Shown here: piece by piece, positions 62,685 to 64,000 of the stretch
Numbering within the stretch: position 1 is the stretch's first letter
Layout of the letters: each line of letters starts with the position of its first letter
DNA from: Malacoraja senta
Taxonomy: Eukaryota
DNA length: 64,000 nt
NCBI GenBank assembly: GCA_038087875.1
Contig: CM075998.1
Span: 4,838,001-4,902,000, forward strand
Direction of reading: 5' to 3'
Translations under genes and position numbers: made by a program
The notes under the pieces: model-generated
What the model was told of the DNA's origin: nothing
What the model saw: the letters and a program-made list of their open reading frames with translations, nothing else
Databases searched by the model: none

Positions 62685-63542
62685 CCAATGTTCAACTGGG
62701 TCCATCACCATTCCCCACAATCTTACAGGAGAGGTTCAGCACAGAAACAGGCCCTTCGGCCCAACCAGTCCGTGCCAACATCAAGCACTCGTTTACTCTG
62801 GTCTCATGTTATTCTCCCCATCAGCTTCCATGATTCTGACAGCCACTCCCACACTAGGGGCAATTTACAGAGGGCCGATTGACCTATAAACCCGCACGTC
62901 TTTGGGACGCCGGAGGAAACCCACGCGTTCTCAGGTTGAACGTGCAAACTCCACACACACACACACACACACACACAGACAGCACCCGAGGTCAGGATCG
63001 AACCCGGGTCTCTCGCACTGTGAGGCAGCAACTCGACCACTCTGTGGACAGACTGTGTAGACTAAGCCTGTATAGACACAAAATGCTGGAGTAACTCAGC
63101 GGGTCAGGCAGCATCTCTGGAGAGAAGGAATGGGCAATGTTCGGGTCGAGACCCTACTTCAGACTGGGTCAGGGGAGAGGCAGACACGGAGATAAGGAAG
63201 AGTAAGGTGTGAAAACGAGACAAAGAGGGTGGAGATCAAGGAACATGTAGAATAGATCATTGTTCGCTGGGAGAAGGTGACCACAAAGCAAACAGAGGTA
63301 AAGTTTAACGAGGACAGTCAGACTAGTCGGAAAACTGGGAAGGGGAGAAATAGTTTAACACTGTTTACATGCGGAAGGCCAAAGCGTAACTGAACTGAGG
63401 TGCTGGGACACTGAAAGGAGATAGGGTCGTGAGAAAGAGAAAGAGCTCGGTGATCGGGAGTGTCTCCGTGGGACCGTGGCCCCATCAACACTATGCTCTG
63501 TGGACATTAAACCAAGGGCCCTGTGTTCGCGAGGAGTCCAGG

Positions 63543-63868
63543 CCGGCACGGTGGCGCAGTGGTAGAGTTGCTGCCTCACAGCGCCAGAGACCCAAGTTCC
63601 ATCCTGACCACGGGTGCTGGCTGTACGGAGTTTGTACCTTCTCCCCGTGACCCTCGTGGGTTTTCTCCGGGTGCTCCGGTTTCCTCCCACACTCCAAAGA
63701 CGTGCAGGTTTGTAGGTTAATTGGCTTGGTGTCAATGTAAATTGTCCCCAGTGTGTGTAGGATAGTGTTGGTGTGCGGGGATCGCTGGTCGGCGCGGACC
63801 GGGTGGGCCGAAGGGCCTGTGTCCGCGCTGAATCTCTAAAACTAAAATCTCAAACTAAAACTAAAAAC
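63543..63868 (+). mobile_element. Full-length HE1-like V-SINE
   Basis: GGCACGGTGGCGCAGTGGTAGAG...V-domain...GGGCCGAAGGGCCTGT...(CTAAAA)n. Confidence 0.9.
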
Positions 63869-64000
63869 ACTGGGGCAGAAGCATCAAATTCTCTGGCTGT
63901 GTCTCCGTTCCCCCCTTGTGCTGTTCAGGCTGAGAGTTGAATGAAGACAAGGGGAGCTGATGGGAGAATAAAATGAGATCAGTGTGAATGGGTGCTTGAT

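Noticed and set aside
63543..63615. tRNA-like sequences with A and B boxes
   Set aside because: They are SINE heads, always followed by the V-domain and CR1-type tail, and are not tRNA genes.

Overview
This is eukaryotic, repeat-saturated non-coding DNA (intron or intergenic). The HE1-type V-SINEs and CR1/HER1 LINEs point to a cartilaginous fish, probably a skate or ray; that assignment is an inference. No host protein-coding gene can be confidently identified. Nearly all listed ORFs are retroelement fragments or translations of simple or tandem repeats. The window holds many 5'-truncated CR1 LINEs, one long degenerate L2 (endonuclease + RT) nested in an L1/Tx1 3' end, a near-intact Rex1/Babar RT fragment, about 20 tRNA-derived V-SINEs, PIF/Harbinger-like MITEs, GA-rich tracts and two 200-N gaps. 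The most interesting signal is a Penelope-like-element system. GIY-YIG endonuclease remnants end in a terminal repeat carrying a minimal hammerhead ribozyme core (CTGAAGA-stem II-GAAACGTC). That terminus has given rise to palindromic non-coding mini-elements with TSDs, at least ten 66-bp tandem arrays whose unit boundary lies next to the predicted cleavage site, and a 34-bp array. Several junctions also show unusual inverted (fold-back) duplications, including a pre-miRNA-sized hairpin and a divergent pair of CTCF consensus motifs. All coordinates were read by eye and element ends are approximate.
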